A DNA stretch of 64,000 nucleotides from Stegostoma tigrinum (taxonomy: Eukaryota). The notes under the pieces were generated by a model that worked only from the letters and a program-made list of their open reading frames with translations, was not told where the DNA came from and ran no database searches. A program made the position numbers and the translations under genes. Positions 1-37,900 of the stretch are shown in pieces (the stretch's first letter is position 1; each line of letters starts with the position of its first letter). The DNA is taken from the NCBI RefSeq assembly GCF_030684315.1, contig NC_081367.1, positions 36,934,792-36,998,791 on the forward strand, written 5' to 3'.

Positions 1-1340
1 CCACATTAGCAGATGTGCAGGTGAACATCTGTTTGATGTGGATGTCTTCTTAGGGCCTAGGATGTGGGTGAGAGGGGAGGTGTAGGGGCATGTGTAGCAC
101 TTCCTGCAGTTGCAGGAAAAATTGCCAGGGCTGCTGGGGCTGGTGGGAAGTGCGCAGTGGACAAGGGAGTCACGGAGAGAGTGGTTCCCCCGGAAACCAG
201 ATAACGGTGGGGTGGGAAAAATGTCTTTGGGAGTGAGGTCAGATTGCAGATGGCGGAAATCTCGGAGGATGACGTGTTGGATCCAGAGGTTGGTGGGGTG
301 GTATGTGAGGACGAGGGGGATTCTGTTTTGGTTGTTATTGTGGGGTGGGGGTGTGAGGGACGAGTTTTGGGAAATGCAAGAGACATGGTTGAGGGCATTT
401 TCAACCACTGTGGACAGGAGGTTGTGGTCCTTGAAAAACAAGGACATCTAGGATGTCCGGGAGTGGAGTGCTTCATCTCGGGAACAGATGCAGTGGAGGT
501 GAAGGAATTTGGACTATTGGATGGCCTTTTTCCAGAAAGGTGGTGAGAGGAGGTGGACTCTAAGTAGCTGTGGAGGTCAGTAGGCTTGAAATGGATATCG
601 GTTTCCAGGTGGTTGCCAGAGATGGAAATAGAGAGGTCCAGGAAGGAGCGAGAGGCATCGGAGACGGTCCAGGTGAACTTAAGGTTGGGATGGAAGGTGT
701 TAGTGAAGTGAATGAACTGTTCGAGCTCCTTGTGGGAGCACAAGGCGGCGCCAATACAGTCATCAATGTAATACAGTAAGAGGTGGGGGATAGGGCCAGT
801 GTAGCTTTGGAAGTGGGACTGTTCCACGTACCCTACGACGAGGCAGGCATAACTTGGGCCCATGTGGATACCCATGGCCACCCCCTTTGACTGTAGGAAG
901 TGGAAGGAATTGAAGGAGAAGTTGTTAGGTGTGAGGACGAGTTCAGCTAAGCGGACAAGGGTGTCAGTGGAGGTGGACTGGTTGGGCCTGCGGGACAAGA
1001 AGAAGCGGAGGGCCTTTAGGCCACCTGTATGGGGAATGCAGGTGTATAGGGACTGGACGTCCATGGTAAAAATGAGGTGTTGGGGACCGGGGAATTGGAA
1101 GTTTTGGAGGAGGTGGAGTGCGTGGGTGGCGTCACAGACGTAGGTGGGGAGTTCCTGGGCCAAGGGGGAGAAGATGGAGTCGAGATAGGTGGAGATGAGT
1201 TCGGTGGGGCAAGAGCAGGCAGAGACAATGGGCCAACCAGGGCAGTCAAGTTTGTGGATTTTGGGAAGGAGAGAGAAGCCGGCGGTGTGTGTTTGGACAA
1301 CAATGAGGTTGGAGGCTGTGGGTGGGAGGTCCATTTGAGT
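1..1340 (-). mobile_element. Penelope-like element (PLE) reverse-transcriptase fragment, frameshifted
   Basis: ORF 57-1355 has PLE RT motifs LPKIHK..CPG.PIVS, DVQSLYTCIP, GVAMG..MGPSYACL, YIDD, then loses frame. The start of the endonuclease region (HIKQMFTCTSANV) is at the window edge. Confidence 0.9.
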
Positions 1341-1956
1341 AACCCTCTTTCTCACTTATTTGCAATTGCATCCTGCTGCAGTTTCTGAGAACTTCAGCTT
1401 TCAAAGCCTGCCAAGTTTTGTGATGCCACTATCTGTACTTTAATCAACCAATTCAGGGATAATTAAAGAGCACCTGTGATGATGAGCATCTATGACCAGT
1501 TAGAACTGGCCTAGGGCATCAAAGAAAATTACCACAAGAACGAGACATATTGTTTGAGAAATGGACTATTTGATTTTTTTTGCCCCTTTCACTGTCAAGT
1601 CAGACTGTATAGAAGTGTTGAGGCATGGAGGCACATAGCCAAGATCAAACAGAAGCTGGGCATGTGGGAACAATGCTCACTCTCCATTATGTATAACACA
1701 CTGGCTATCACGTACGAAGTTGTTGTGCATGACACAATTTTGGACCATATTCCAGTTCTTAAGTTGCCTGAGCCAGCTTCCACACTTGTCCACAGGGCCA
1801 CAAAGTACAATTCTGGAGACAACAGTGTGGGGAGAAACATACCCAACATAGTCCTCATCTTGATGACCACTTTTATGTTGAGATGAATCAAAACATATGC
1901 GTATGTATGCACACACTTGTGCTGTCTATCTCTTGTCATTTGAAGACTTGAAGATG

Positions 1957-2300
1957 GGTGGCATATTAGTTCAGTGGTTAGTATTGTTGCTTCACAGTGT
2001 TAGAAATCTGGCTTTGATTCCAGCCTCAGGCATGAAGTTTGCATGAAGTTTGCACATTTCCCCCATGTCAGTGTGGGTTTCCCCCAGGTGCTCCAGTTTC
2101 TTTCCACAGTCCAAAGATATGCAGTTTGGGTGGATTGTCCATGCTAAATTGCTCATAGTGTCCGGGGACTTGTGGGATGGTTTGATTAGCATGGTATATA
2201 CAGGATGGTAGAGTAGGGGAGTGAGTCTAGGTGGATGTTCTTCATGTTCATGTGGACTCAAGGTGCTGAATGGCCTGCTTCCATACGATAAGAATTCTAT
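1957..2300 (+). mobile_element. tRNA-derived SINE (HE1/V-SINE-like)
   Basis: tRNA-like head (TCAGTGGTTAG...GATTCC) and core TTTGCACATT..GTGGGTTTCC..GGTGCTCCAGTTTC..CCACAGTCCAAAGAT; several copies in the window. Confidence 0.8.
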
Positions 2301-3109
2301 GATATTTTGCCACACAATGCTCCACTCATTTAGATGATGTTGCTATAACCTATTACACATGGCAAAGTGTTGCCTTTGATTGCAGACCCACTAGATAGCA
2401 AAAGGAAGGGGTGGATCATGTAGGTGATAGACAAGCTTCAAGGTGTAATTTGGCTCAGCACCATGATGTGCTGTCTTCAAGGCAGAGGTCATTTCCCACC
2501 TCTTTCTGGAATATGTTTTAGCGAAAAAACCCTGGAAAAAGATCTGGTGGCTTTTGAGATTCATCCCAAACCACTCTGTAACATTGGGATCTGTACAGCA
2601 CTATGTGCTGTTTCCAGAGACTTACACTAACCCAAACATGAACTTCTGCTGGAAGGCCAGCAACTTGGTAAAAGACGCTCTTTGATCTGCCCAAAACCTG
2701 TTGGTCTTTCAATGAAATGAACTGTTCATGATTACGTGTTCCAGACTATTATATTCCAAGGCCCAGGACTACTTGCAAAGGGATGTATTAAAACTTGATG
2801 CAGAGGCTGCAAAAGCCACATAGGAAATGCAAATGAGTAAGGCTATCTTGTAATATTATATTGAGTGCTTGGAACCTGATTAAAACCCCTGGGGCTTACT
2901 CAACAGCGTATTATTTAAATGAAATATCAATACAAATAGTAAATGTAGCTTGCAATTATTAATGCAATGAACTACTTCAGAATGCTGTATAAGCTATTAA
3001 AATAAATTAATATGTACTGTCAGTTATACAGCGTCATTACTGATTGGTACTATAATTCCACAAACTTTTCTTAATGAAGTAGACTTTTTGAAGGAAAATC
3101 TTTTCAGGT

Positions 3110-4000
3110 TGAACTTTGTAATGGGGAATTTCTGACTAAGATACGCTGAAAAGCCACACACATGGATAAAGTCCTGAATTTCAACAGCAACCACCCCAAC
3201 ACTCACAAACAGAGTTGTGTAAAAACACTACTTAAACAAGCCGCAACACAGTAAGCAACCTATAACTATGCCAAAATGTAGAAGAATACCTCTACCAAGT
3301 ATTTAAGGACAACGGATACCTGAACAGCTGGGTCTGTCAATGCCCATCACACAAACAACAACAGGAAGATGCAGTACTGACACATTTGTCATGTTATCGT
3401 ATATCAAGAACATATCCAAACTGACCACAAGACTTCTATGACCATTGGGCATCAGAGTGGCACACAAACCTATGTCAAATCTACACCAACTGCTAACTTG
3501 AGCCAAAGACCCCTTACCCACTATGGACAGAACCAATGTGATATACAAGATTCCATGCAAAGACTGTGACAAACATTACATGCGACAGGAAGGAAACTGG
3601 CCATAAGAATACATCAACACCAACTAGTAACAAAAAGACATGACCAGTACTCACCTGTCTCCATTCACACTCCTAAGGAGAACCACTAGTCTGATTGGGA
3701 CAACATCAGGATCCTCGGACAGGCCAAACAGAGGCACGTATGGGAATTCCTAGCAGCTTGGTTCTCCACTAGGAAGGCCATCAATAAATACATGGAATTA
3801 GACCCTATATATACAACACTGCGAAGAAAAACCAGAAATGAGGCAACCAATTCCAAAGGACCCTATAGTTTAAATACCGGGAGGGAAAACACAACAGCGC
3901 TTCACTGGAGGCTGCACTAATGATGTTACCTAGCAGGGTAACGAAATGTCTGTGAACTAACAAACCAGCTCAGCGAGTGAACCAACCACAGCATCGAGCT
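3110..4000 (+). mobile_element. Penelope-like element 3' part (GIY-YIG endonuclease remnant plus terminal region with hammerhead motif)
   Basis: Decayed translation IRVAHKP...KDPLPTMDRTNVIYKIPCKDCDKHY...RKLAIRIHQHQ...DWDNIRILGQ. The same family occurs at 63595-64000 on the minus strand. Confidence 0.85.
3914..3953 (+). ncRNA. Degenerate minimal type-I hammerhead ribozyme motif in PLE terminus
   Basis: GCA-CTAATGA-T-GTTACC-TAGCAG-GGTAAC-GAAAT-GTC-TGT: perfect 6-bp stem II, 3-bp stem I, two substitutions relative to CTGATGA/GAAAC. Confidence 0.6.
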
Positions 4001-4309
4001 AAAAATCTACTCAAGAACTTTAATCTACTGTTAAAAGGGACAGACACTATTTATGTTCATGGTTATTTTGCTATTGAGAATGATAAACTTGAACAATTAT
4101 TTAGATTTTTTTGTTGCTATGAATGCACAATTTCTATGTTGAAGTGTAGTTCAAATTTCATCTTACTCCAATAACATAATAGTTATACTATCATGTTATG
4201 CATATACCAGAGAAAATGTGTTCTTCTTGAAACAGATGTCTTGAAGTTCACTTTAAATACAAACTATTTAGATGGCTGCAATGTCAAAGAGTTACACACA
4301 CATTTGGAC

Positions 4310-4538
4310 ATAACAAGGTGTAGAGCTGGATGAACACAGCAGGCCAAGCAGCATCAGAGGAGCGGGTCTGGGCTCTTCTTCAGAAATGCCGATGCTGAAA
4401 CTGCCATTCTTAAGAAAAGTGTCCAGACCTGAAATGTCAGCTTTCCTGCTCCTCTGATGCTGCTTGTCCTGCTGTGCTCATCCAGCTCTACACCTTGTTA
4501 TCTCAGATTCTCCAACATTGGCAGTTCCCACTATTTCT
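4310..4538. mobile_element. Short fold-back PLE-end derivative
   Basis: Inverted arms TAACAAGGTGTAGAGCTGGATGAACACAGCAGG.. / ..CCTGCTGTGCTCATCCAGCTCTACACCTTGTTA; GAAATGTC remnant at 4431. Confidence 0.8.
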
Positions 4539-5062
4539 AATAGAATTTTAGCCTTTTACTGAAGGGGGCTCTAAATACAAAGAGGAGGTAATAATTCAGT
4601 TATATAGATCTTTGAACCCTGTCTAGGACACCGCACTTAGCTTTGGGTATTGTTCAGGAAGGAAATATTGGCCTTGAAAGTAATTTGGCACAGATTCATG
4701 AGAATGATATCTTGGCAGACAGTGCTAAGTTATTAGGAGACATTCCATATACCCGTTTTCACAGAGCAGAAATGTGAGGCGTGATCTCTTTGAGGTGATT
4801 AAAACTTTGAATTTGATGGGATAGATTGAAACAATTCTTCCGTCAGCTGGGAAAGTGAAAGTATCATCTAAATGTTTGATCCAAATTTCAAGGGATGATA
4901 AGAAGTATTTTTTCACAAGATATTTGGATTTGTCACCAAAAGGCAAAGGATGTTGAGACACTTGGAGCTTACAAAGTTGAAATTGATACTTATTTTAATT
5001 AATTGGTAGATAATTAACTACAAGGATTATGGAGTGAGTGGTCGGCAGATAAAGTTAAACTA

Positions 5063-5185
5063 TCTGACGAAGGGTCACTGGGCTTGAAATGTTAATCTCT
5101 TCACATATGCTGCCAGACTTGTTGAGTTTCTCCAGCAATTTCTGTGATTGTTTCAGAACTTCAACAATTTCAGTTCTTTATTTTA
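5063..5185 (+). mobile_element. Short PLE-end derivative (second subfamily) starting with a hammerhead-like motif
   Basis: CTGACGA-AGGGTCACTGGGCTT-GAAATGTT followed by ATGCTGCCAGACTTGTTGAGTTTCTCCAGCA; related copies at 39586, 47440 (-), 49131 and 61720. Confidence 0.65.
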
Positions 5186-5749
5186 CTAGAAATAAATTAT
5201 AGGTCAGTTGCGATCTAAATGAATGCTGGCGCGATTTCAATGGTCTATTTTCACCCGCAAAATGAAGGTTAAATTGAGGATACTCTTCTCAAACACTTCT
5301 GCAGTATTATCTTGGGCCTACAACGAATGCCGTAAGACAACATTTCTTCTTGCAAGTAAGACTCAATTTTATTTGACTTCTGGGTAGGACGGACCTCAAC
5401 ATTCACACCACGAACTTTCGTGTATATTTTTCCCCTCCCGAAACAAATTTGTTAGCTGGTTCCATCTGAAAACCACTCTATTGTCCTTCCAAGCCGCTCC
5501 AGTCTATTGGTTATTGATATTTGATTGACGTAGGATGTGGGCGGGATATCTATTTCTATTGGTTGCGATGACAGTCAGCGACGTGTGTCCCCACCCTGTT
5601 CGGCTCTGGATTGGTTGGGATCGGCCATTAGTTGCTCTTTGTTGGCCCAGAGCGGGTTTTCGGTCTGGAGCCGGCGTTGGGAGGGCAGAGGCCTTCGTGG
5701 ATCATAATCATAATCATCAGCGACAGTCTCTCAGCGGCTTGGAGCGGAC

Positions 5750-31446
<25,697 letters not shown>

Positions 31447-31837
31447 TTAACAATATTATAGATACATCACCTGTGAAGTTTTTACCAGTTTTTTTGATGC
31501 CCCAACTATGGTCCTCCGCAACAGTGCCAAACCTGTTGGACTTCATTGTATAGTGGATAGATAATGTATATTTTATAAAGGTTTTTTAAATCGTTCAGCT
31601 AATTTTACTAATCAACCAGACCCCCAAAGATGTGTTTATAAACTTACAATTTACTATTTGTATTTAGATACAAATCACACCATTTTCAGGGAACACCAAA
31701 TATTGTTAACTAGTGATATTTTTGTAGCTGGTTATGTTTTCTACACTGTACGGATTAACAGTTTATCTTGTGCCTTTTAAATGATATCAGTTGTTTACAT
31801 GTTTGCCAAGGGTAAGTCTGGAGGTACAGTACAATAG

Positions 31838-31843
31838 AATAAA
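31838..31843 (+). terminator. Probable ACTL6A polyadenylation signal
   Basis: First AATAAA after the stop codon at 31446. Confidence 0.65.
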
Positions 31844-31999
31844 TGTACTTGCGATAATCTTAATTATCCCTAACTGCTGTTTAAAAATTTTTCCATTACC
31901 TGTGCACTTGGCAACATGCTCACAGGGGTTTCATATTTAAATTAAGTGAATTGTGTAAGCAATTATATCTTTTATACAAATTTATCTTTCAGTGCAAGG

Positions 32000-34900
32000 T
32001 TAATTTGATGCAGAGTAACGTTGGAATTTTTCTTTTAGTACTTTCTCTTCCTCCATTTTTGCCTTTCTGGCATTGTTGATTTTACGTAGGTGCTTCTCAA
32101 TACGTCGTCTACGAGAAATAAAATACAAAATTGACATTGTTAATTCTCACTCAGCTCTTGCACAGCCACACTTGATTCCATCAAACTCTGCCCATGTCCT
32201 TCCTTGCCCCAAATGTGTTTTAATCATTTACCCACTGTCCTCTTAAACATTGTTTTCAAATTCCTTGTTCTTCCGTATCTGTGAACTATTCCAGTTCAGC
32301 AACTTCAAAAATTATCCACACATCTCCAATGCTAACATTTCTGCATCAAAGCTTAATTTCTCCACCACGAAATCTTTCATCCCTCTAAGCTGATCATTTT
32401 AGAACAGATTTTATGCCAAGCACAAGGCAATATTAAGGCAGGTGAAGAAAAGTTTTTGATTGGAGGCAGAGTTTAAAGGATTACCTTAGAGAGAAGTACT
32501 GGGATCTAACTTCCCTTCTGTTATGCTCCAGCTTAAGTGTTGACTAATAATGGGCTGGTTAGCTGGATGAAATATCAGAGCAGAGTCTAAACCTGTTCCC
32601 CATCCACTTCCGACTGGTGACAGTAGATGCTGGTTGTCGAGTAGTATCTTTGTTGATTTGCACCAGCTTTTCCAGGATGGAGCCTTCTAACCAGCCTAAT
32701 TACTGCTAACTAGCAGGATTTAATTAAGTCTGCATGACTGGAGATTCAGATTTTGAACCTCCAATGACTCAGTTCTTATTAAACATTTTAAATCTTTAAC
32801 TCTTTTTAGAAAAATACTTTAGGTAGTGTAAAAGAGCACAGGCCATACATTTACCATTTCTTATTCCCAACTAAGCACATAGATTTCTTGGTTTCCCTTT
32901 TTCTCTTTAGGTGAAACTTAACTTGAATTTTACCATTACAGCATTAGGTGCTAATGCAGCAAGCTTTTCTGAAACAAGTTTTACAGGAAGTGAAGCTGGA
33001 GCAACACATGACTATAAATCAAGAACTAAACTTTCAATCCTACAAAAAGTATTTTTAAAATAAATTCATTCATGGGATCTGGGCCTTCACTGGCCAGGCC
33101 AGCATTTATTATCCACCCCTAACAGGCAGTTAAGTGTCAACCACATTGCTGTGGGCCTAGAGTCAATGTAGGCCACAGCAGGTGAGGATGGCAGCTTCCT
33201 TCCCTGAAGGGCACTAGTGAATCACAAGGATTTTTCTGACAATTAACAATGGATTCACGGTCATCATTAGACTCCTAATTCCACCGTCTGCCACGGAAGG
33301 ATTCAAACCCAGGTCCCCAGAATATTACCAAGTTATCTTGATCAGTAGTCTAGCAATAAAATGAATAGGCCATCACCTTCCCCGACAAGCATGTAAAGGT
33401 GATCCTTGCTGCCATTAAGACTTGTCCTCACGTGCACTAAAGACAATGCTTCAATATTTCAGAAATCTGATATACTGTAATAATCGTTCAATACAGAAAC
33501 TACTTGGGAACCATGCTATAATGAAATACTATAAATTACAAAGTTGAAGAAACTAATGCATGATATGACTGTAAATTCAGCTGAATAGTAAATGTTGAGA
33601 TAATTTATTACCTAACAAAAATATCCACGAATGGTGGTGTGTAAAATTGTTTCCTTCTGTATATCTTGTTTAGGTACCAAGGAATAGGCCATTCCTTAAA
33701 CTTGTACCTAGAAAAAAAAATAATCTGGTTAAATCTGAAATAAAAGGCTTAATTATGATTTGGTCATAGCATCGTAAAAGCAGACTATTTTTCAGAATGC
33801 TACCTTCAATAAACTGCAATATATTGGATTATAGAACTGTGAATTGCAATTCACGTGTATTTAAATAATTTGGAAGACTTGTGCGGCAGAGCATAATTTT
33901 GGAGAAAGTATATCCTCTCACGTCAAACTGTGCTTCCTATCTTGTTAGGAGTAATTTAATAACTTTTTTTTTCTTTTAGCAATCAAAAACATGAAGGCAT
34001 TAAAGTTATCTTCTATTCCTGCTCATATTTTTGGACAGGAGACATTTTTTGGTCAACCTCTGGTATTTTAATGTGTTTACTAGAAATAACATTTCTCACC
34101 ATGTTTTCATGTCATACTCCAACATGGCAAGTTCATGTCGACTGCCAAATACAAATGCAAATCCTGGCATTTTTAGCAGTGAAGTATCTATCTTTATACT
34201 TGCAATAGGTTTTATCCTTTATCATTAAGTTTTTTTGTTAGTTGCTTTGGAAATAGTTAAATATTTAATTGTCTCATCTGGAATAACTATCCTGTGTAAT
34301 ATTCCTCAAGCATGGTTGTGTATATCATGGTAGGTAGCTCAGTTGGCTAAACTATAATATGCCAAATAATGCAAACACTTCAATTTGTTTTAGTTGAGGC
34401 AGTTCTTGAAGTCTGCTGCCTCCTTGCTGTGCTCCTTCACGCAATCGCCCAAGGCTGAAATCGAGCCCAGGTCCCTGGCGCTGTGAGGCTGCAGTGCTTA
34501 CCACTGAGCCACCATTTGCCAGCATGCTGAATTTGTTGTATTGCAGCTTAAATTTTAATTAGTGTTGTTTTTGTTTGTTTTTTTTGAGATGTTTGTAAGT
34601 GTTTTTTGTCTACCCTATTTTAGTGTCACAAATCACCCAACTTCATCAGGTCATTTGTGATACATATGCCCACTGCTGCAAACTTTAATTTTAATTTTAA
34701 ATCGCTTAATTTCACATCTTGTCCTCCTCCAGTATCTATTCTTCACCTATCTTTTTCATTTTGTCCTGTCACATTCAGTTGACTGATCTGTTCTGGCTTT
34801 TATCGCCAGGCCTCACCATCAGTTCTACCATTTGTGCCTGCACTGCTTTGTGTCTTAGTCGGTTTGACATAACAGTGAAACTACACTGGACCTTCTACCC

Positions 34901-37900
34901 AGCTCTTACCTCTGTTTTAAAGGGTTTTTAGAGGCTTTCTTCCAACATTGATCATTATTTGTTGCTGGATATTTAAAATCCCCATCGCTCCTTTCATTCA
35001 AACTTTGGCCTGATCCCAAATATCCCCAAACCAAGGAACTACCTTCTGTTTAGCACTGTGATTTCTTCAGTCAATCTGACCTGGTTGCCTTAAAGATCTA
35101 CTGAGGCTTAAATGATCTGAACAAAAGGGAATTTATTAATTAAATGCATTATGCATAACTAGCCATTTAATGCACTATACATTGTAATAACATAACTGTC
35201 TTTAAATGAAATGATACATATACTATGAAGTTAATTTCTAAATATGCTTAGCAAACTGATTCTGTACATTTAGCTTCTGATACTTGAATAAAGTAGTATG
35301 CCATTAATAAAATGCAGTTGGAAAAACTGGGTCTAATAGCAGCCGGACAGATTATAAAGTACAAACCACAACTTTAGATGAAAGCAAATCTAAGCTATTG
35401 AGATCTTGAGGAGGTTTAAGAAATGACTGAAATTTCAGGTATTGGAACCAGAATATCATTGTACAAATTTTAATTTTGTAATTTTTTTCAATTACCAGCA
35501 AAATTTGACTTTTTTGCTTTAATATTTCTAAAGCACTAGTAACCTGAATAACACTACTTAATATCACACCAATATTTGATTCATTGAATGACATGGCCTT
35601 CCCACTATGACCTTCTATTCAGCATTTGACTTTGTGGTAGAAAGATGAATTTTACCCCCCCACCCACCCCTAGAATTCTGTGAACAGTGCCATAGGAAGT
35701 CTATTTATTTTTATAATTGTGTATGATTATACCATAACACTTATATTTACATATTAATTGTACATGCATCAGCTCTAAAGAGATTTTGCTTCTGAACTGT
35801 TTAAAGAAAGAAATGCCATTTCTTAATAACTTTAAACAATACATTATTGAACCATTTAGTAAAACAGAAAATAATTCACTTCTAGCACAAAGAACTCCAA
35901 ACTAAAATAAAAATACCAAGCACATACAATCTCATAAGAGTTGATTGTAATAAACAAATCTTTCTCACCAAAGATTTTGCCCAAAGATGTCCTTCCTCCA
36001 AGCGCCGGGACGGCCTTTCTCCTGCCCAGTCTGCAGCAACCTTAGAGCATCTTCACGTTCTTGAACGATTGAGTCAATTCTAGCCATAGACCGTTCTACC
36101 TATTAATAAAAAGTCAGAGACCCGTTTCTCTACATTTTGAAGTATTTAGTTAGCATGAATTAATATGGCACACAATAAAAGTCCACTGAGATCCTTACTG
36201 AAAATGTTATTACTATAATTATTTCAAGCTGATCAAAATAAGATTGTGGGATAGTGAAGAACTACATCTAAAATAACTTGTGCCACTGCTCTGATTCTTG
36301 ATTAGAAAGTCTTATTTTTCACATCCTTAACATAAATCATGCAAGAAATGTTAGGACCTGAATAGGTTTTATTTCTTACTTTCTTTAAACGCTCTGGACT
36401 GGGCATTTGTAATCGTTGTCGCTTTGCTTCTTGTTCTAAAGTCAAAAGCATGTTCTTTTCTTTGAGAAGAATGTACCTGCAGAAGGAATAGTTAATGTTA
36501 TGAAATACAAAAAGTGAAAGTTCAGAGTCAAGAAGGTTTCCTTTTTCTAAGAAACGTACAGCATAACTGCAGTTTCAACAAGTTATAGTACAGGAAGATG
36601 CTATTTGGCCCAATGGTCAGTAAATAAAAGTTTCCACAAAAGGAAATTTTTTTAAAATATCAGATTAAAGCATCCAACTGAAGTCTGCACAGTACCAGAG
36701 CTTGTGTAAATCTTCATTGCTTTTTATTCGTAGTTGTTTTGCTGTCCAAGGTGCACCTAAAAAGCAAATTCAAAAACATTATTTACGTTAGAATCAAGGT
36801 GTAAGATGAATCCATACAAGGACAAGCTATCAGATTTGGCATAGGAGAAAGAGTGGGGTCATAGGGCTGTACAGCGTGGAAACAGACCCTTTGGTCCAAC
36901 GGTCCAACTCATCCAAGCTGACCAGATATCTTGAATTAATCTAATCACATTTGGCCCATATCCCTCTAAACCCTTCCGAGTTGTGTAACAATTCACGTGC
37001 CTTTTTTAATGTTGTAGTTGTACCAGCTACCACCACTTCCCCTGGCAGCTCATTTTATACACACACCACCCACTGCATGAAAAAGTTTCCCCTTGGGCCC
37101 CCTTTTAAATCTTTTCCCCTCTCACCTTAAGCCTATGCTCTCTAGTTTTGCAGATCTGCAGCACAGGGAAAAGACCTCCACCATTTATCCTATCTTATGC
37201 CCCTCGTGATTTTATAAACCTCTAATAAGGTCATAAGACGTAAGAGTGGAAGTAAGGCCATTCGGCCCATCAAGTCCACTCTGCCATTTAAAACATGGCT
37301 GATGGGCATTTCGACACCACTTCCCTGCACTCTCCCCGTAGCCCTTGATTCCTTCTGAGATCAAGAATTTGTCGATCTCTGCCTCGAAGGCATCCAACGT
37401 CCCGGCCTCCACTGCACTCTGCAGCAATGAATTCCACAAGTCCACCACTCTGGCTGAAGAAATGTCGTCTCATTTCAGTTTTAAATTTACCCCTCTAATT
37501 TTAAGGCTGTGCCCATGGTTCCTAGTCTCCCCACCTAATGGAAACAACTTCCTAGCGTCCACCCCTTCTAAACCATACATTATCTTGTAAATTTCTATTT
37601 GATCTCCCCTCAACCTTCTAAGCTCTAATGAGTACAATCCCACGATCCTTAGCTGTTCATCATACGCTAAACCTACCATTCCAGGGATCATCCGTGTGAA
37701 TCTCCGCTGGACAAGCTCCAGGGCTAGTATGTCCTTCCTGAAGTGTGGGGCCCAAAATTGGACACAGTGTTCTAAATGGGGCCTAACTAGAGCCTTCTAA
37801 AGCCTCAGAAGCACATCGCTGCTTTTATATTCCAACCCTCTTGAGATAAACGACAACGTTACATTCGCTTTCTTAATTATGGACTCTACCTGCAAGTTAA

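Noticed and set aside
57-1355. Intact 432-aa reverse-transcriptase gene
   Set aside because: 5'-truncated, non-ATG start and frameshifted after the RT core; a dead PLE fragment.
5701-5718. (ATCATA)n micro-repeat in the ACTL6A 5' UTR
   Set aside because: Only three units; within chance or slippage expectation.
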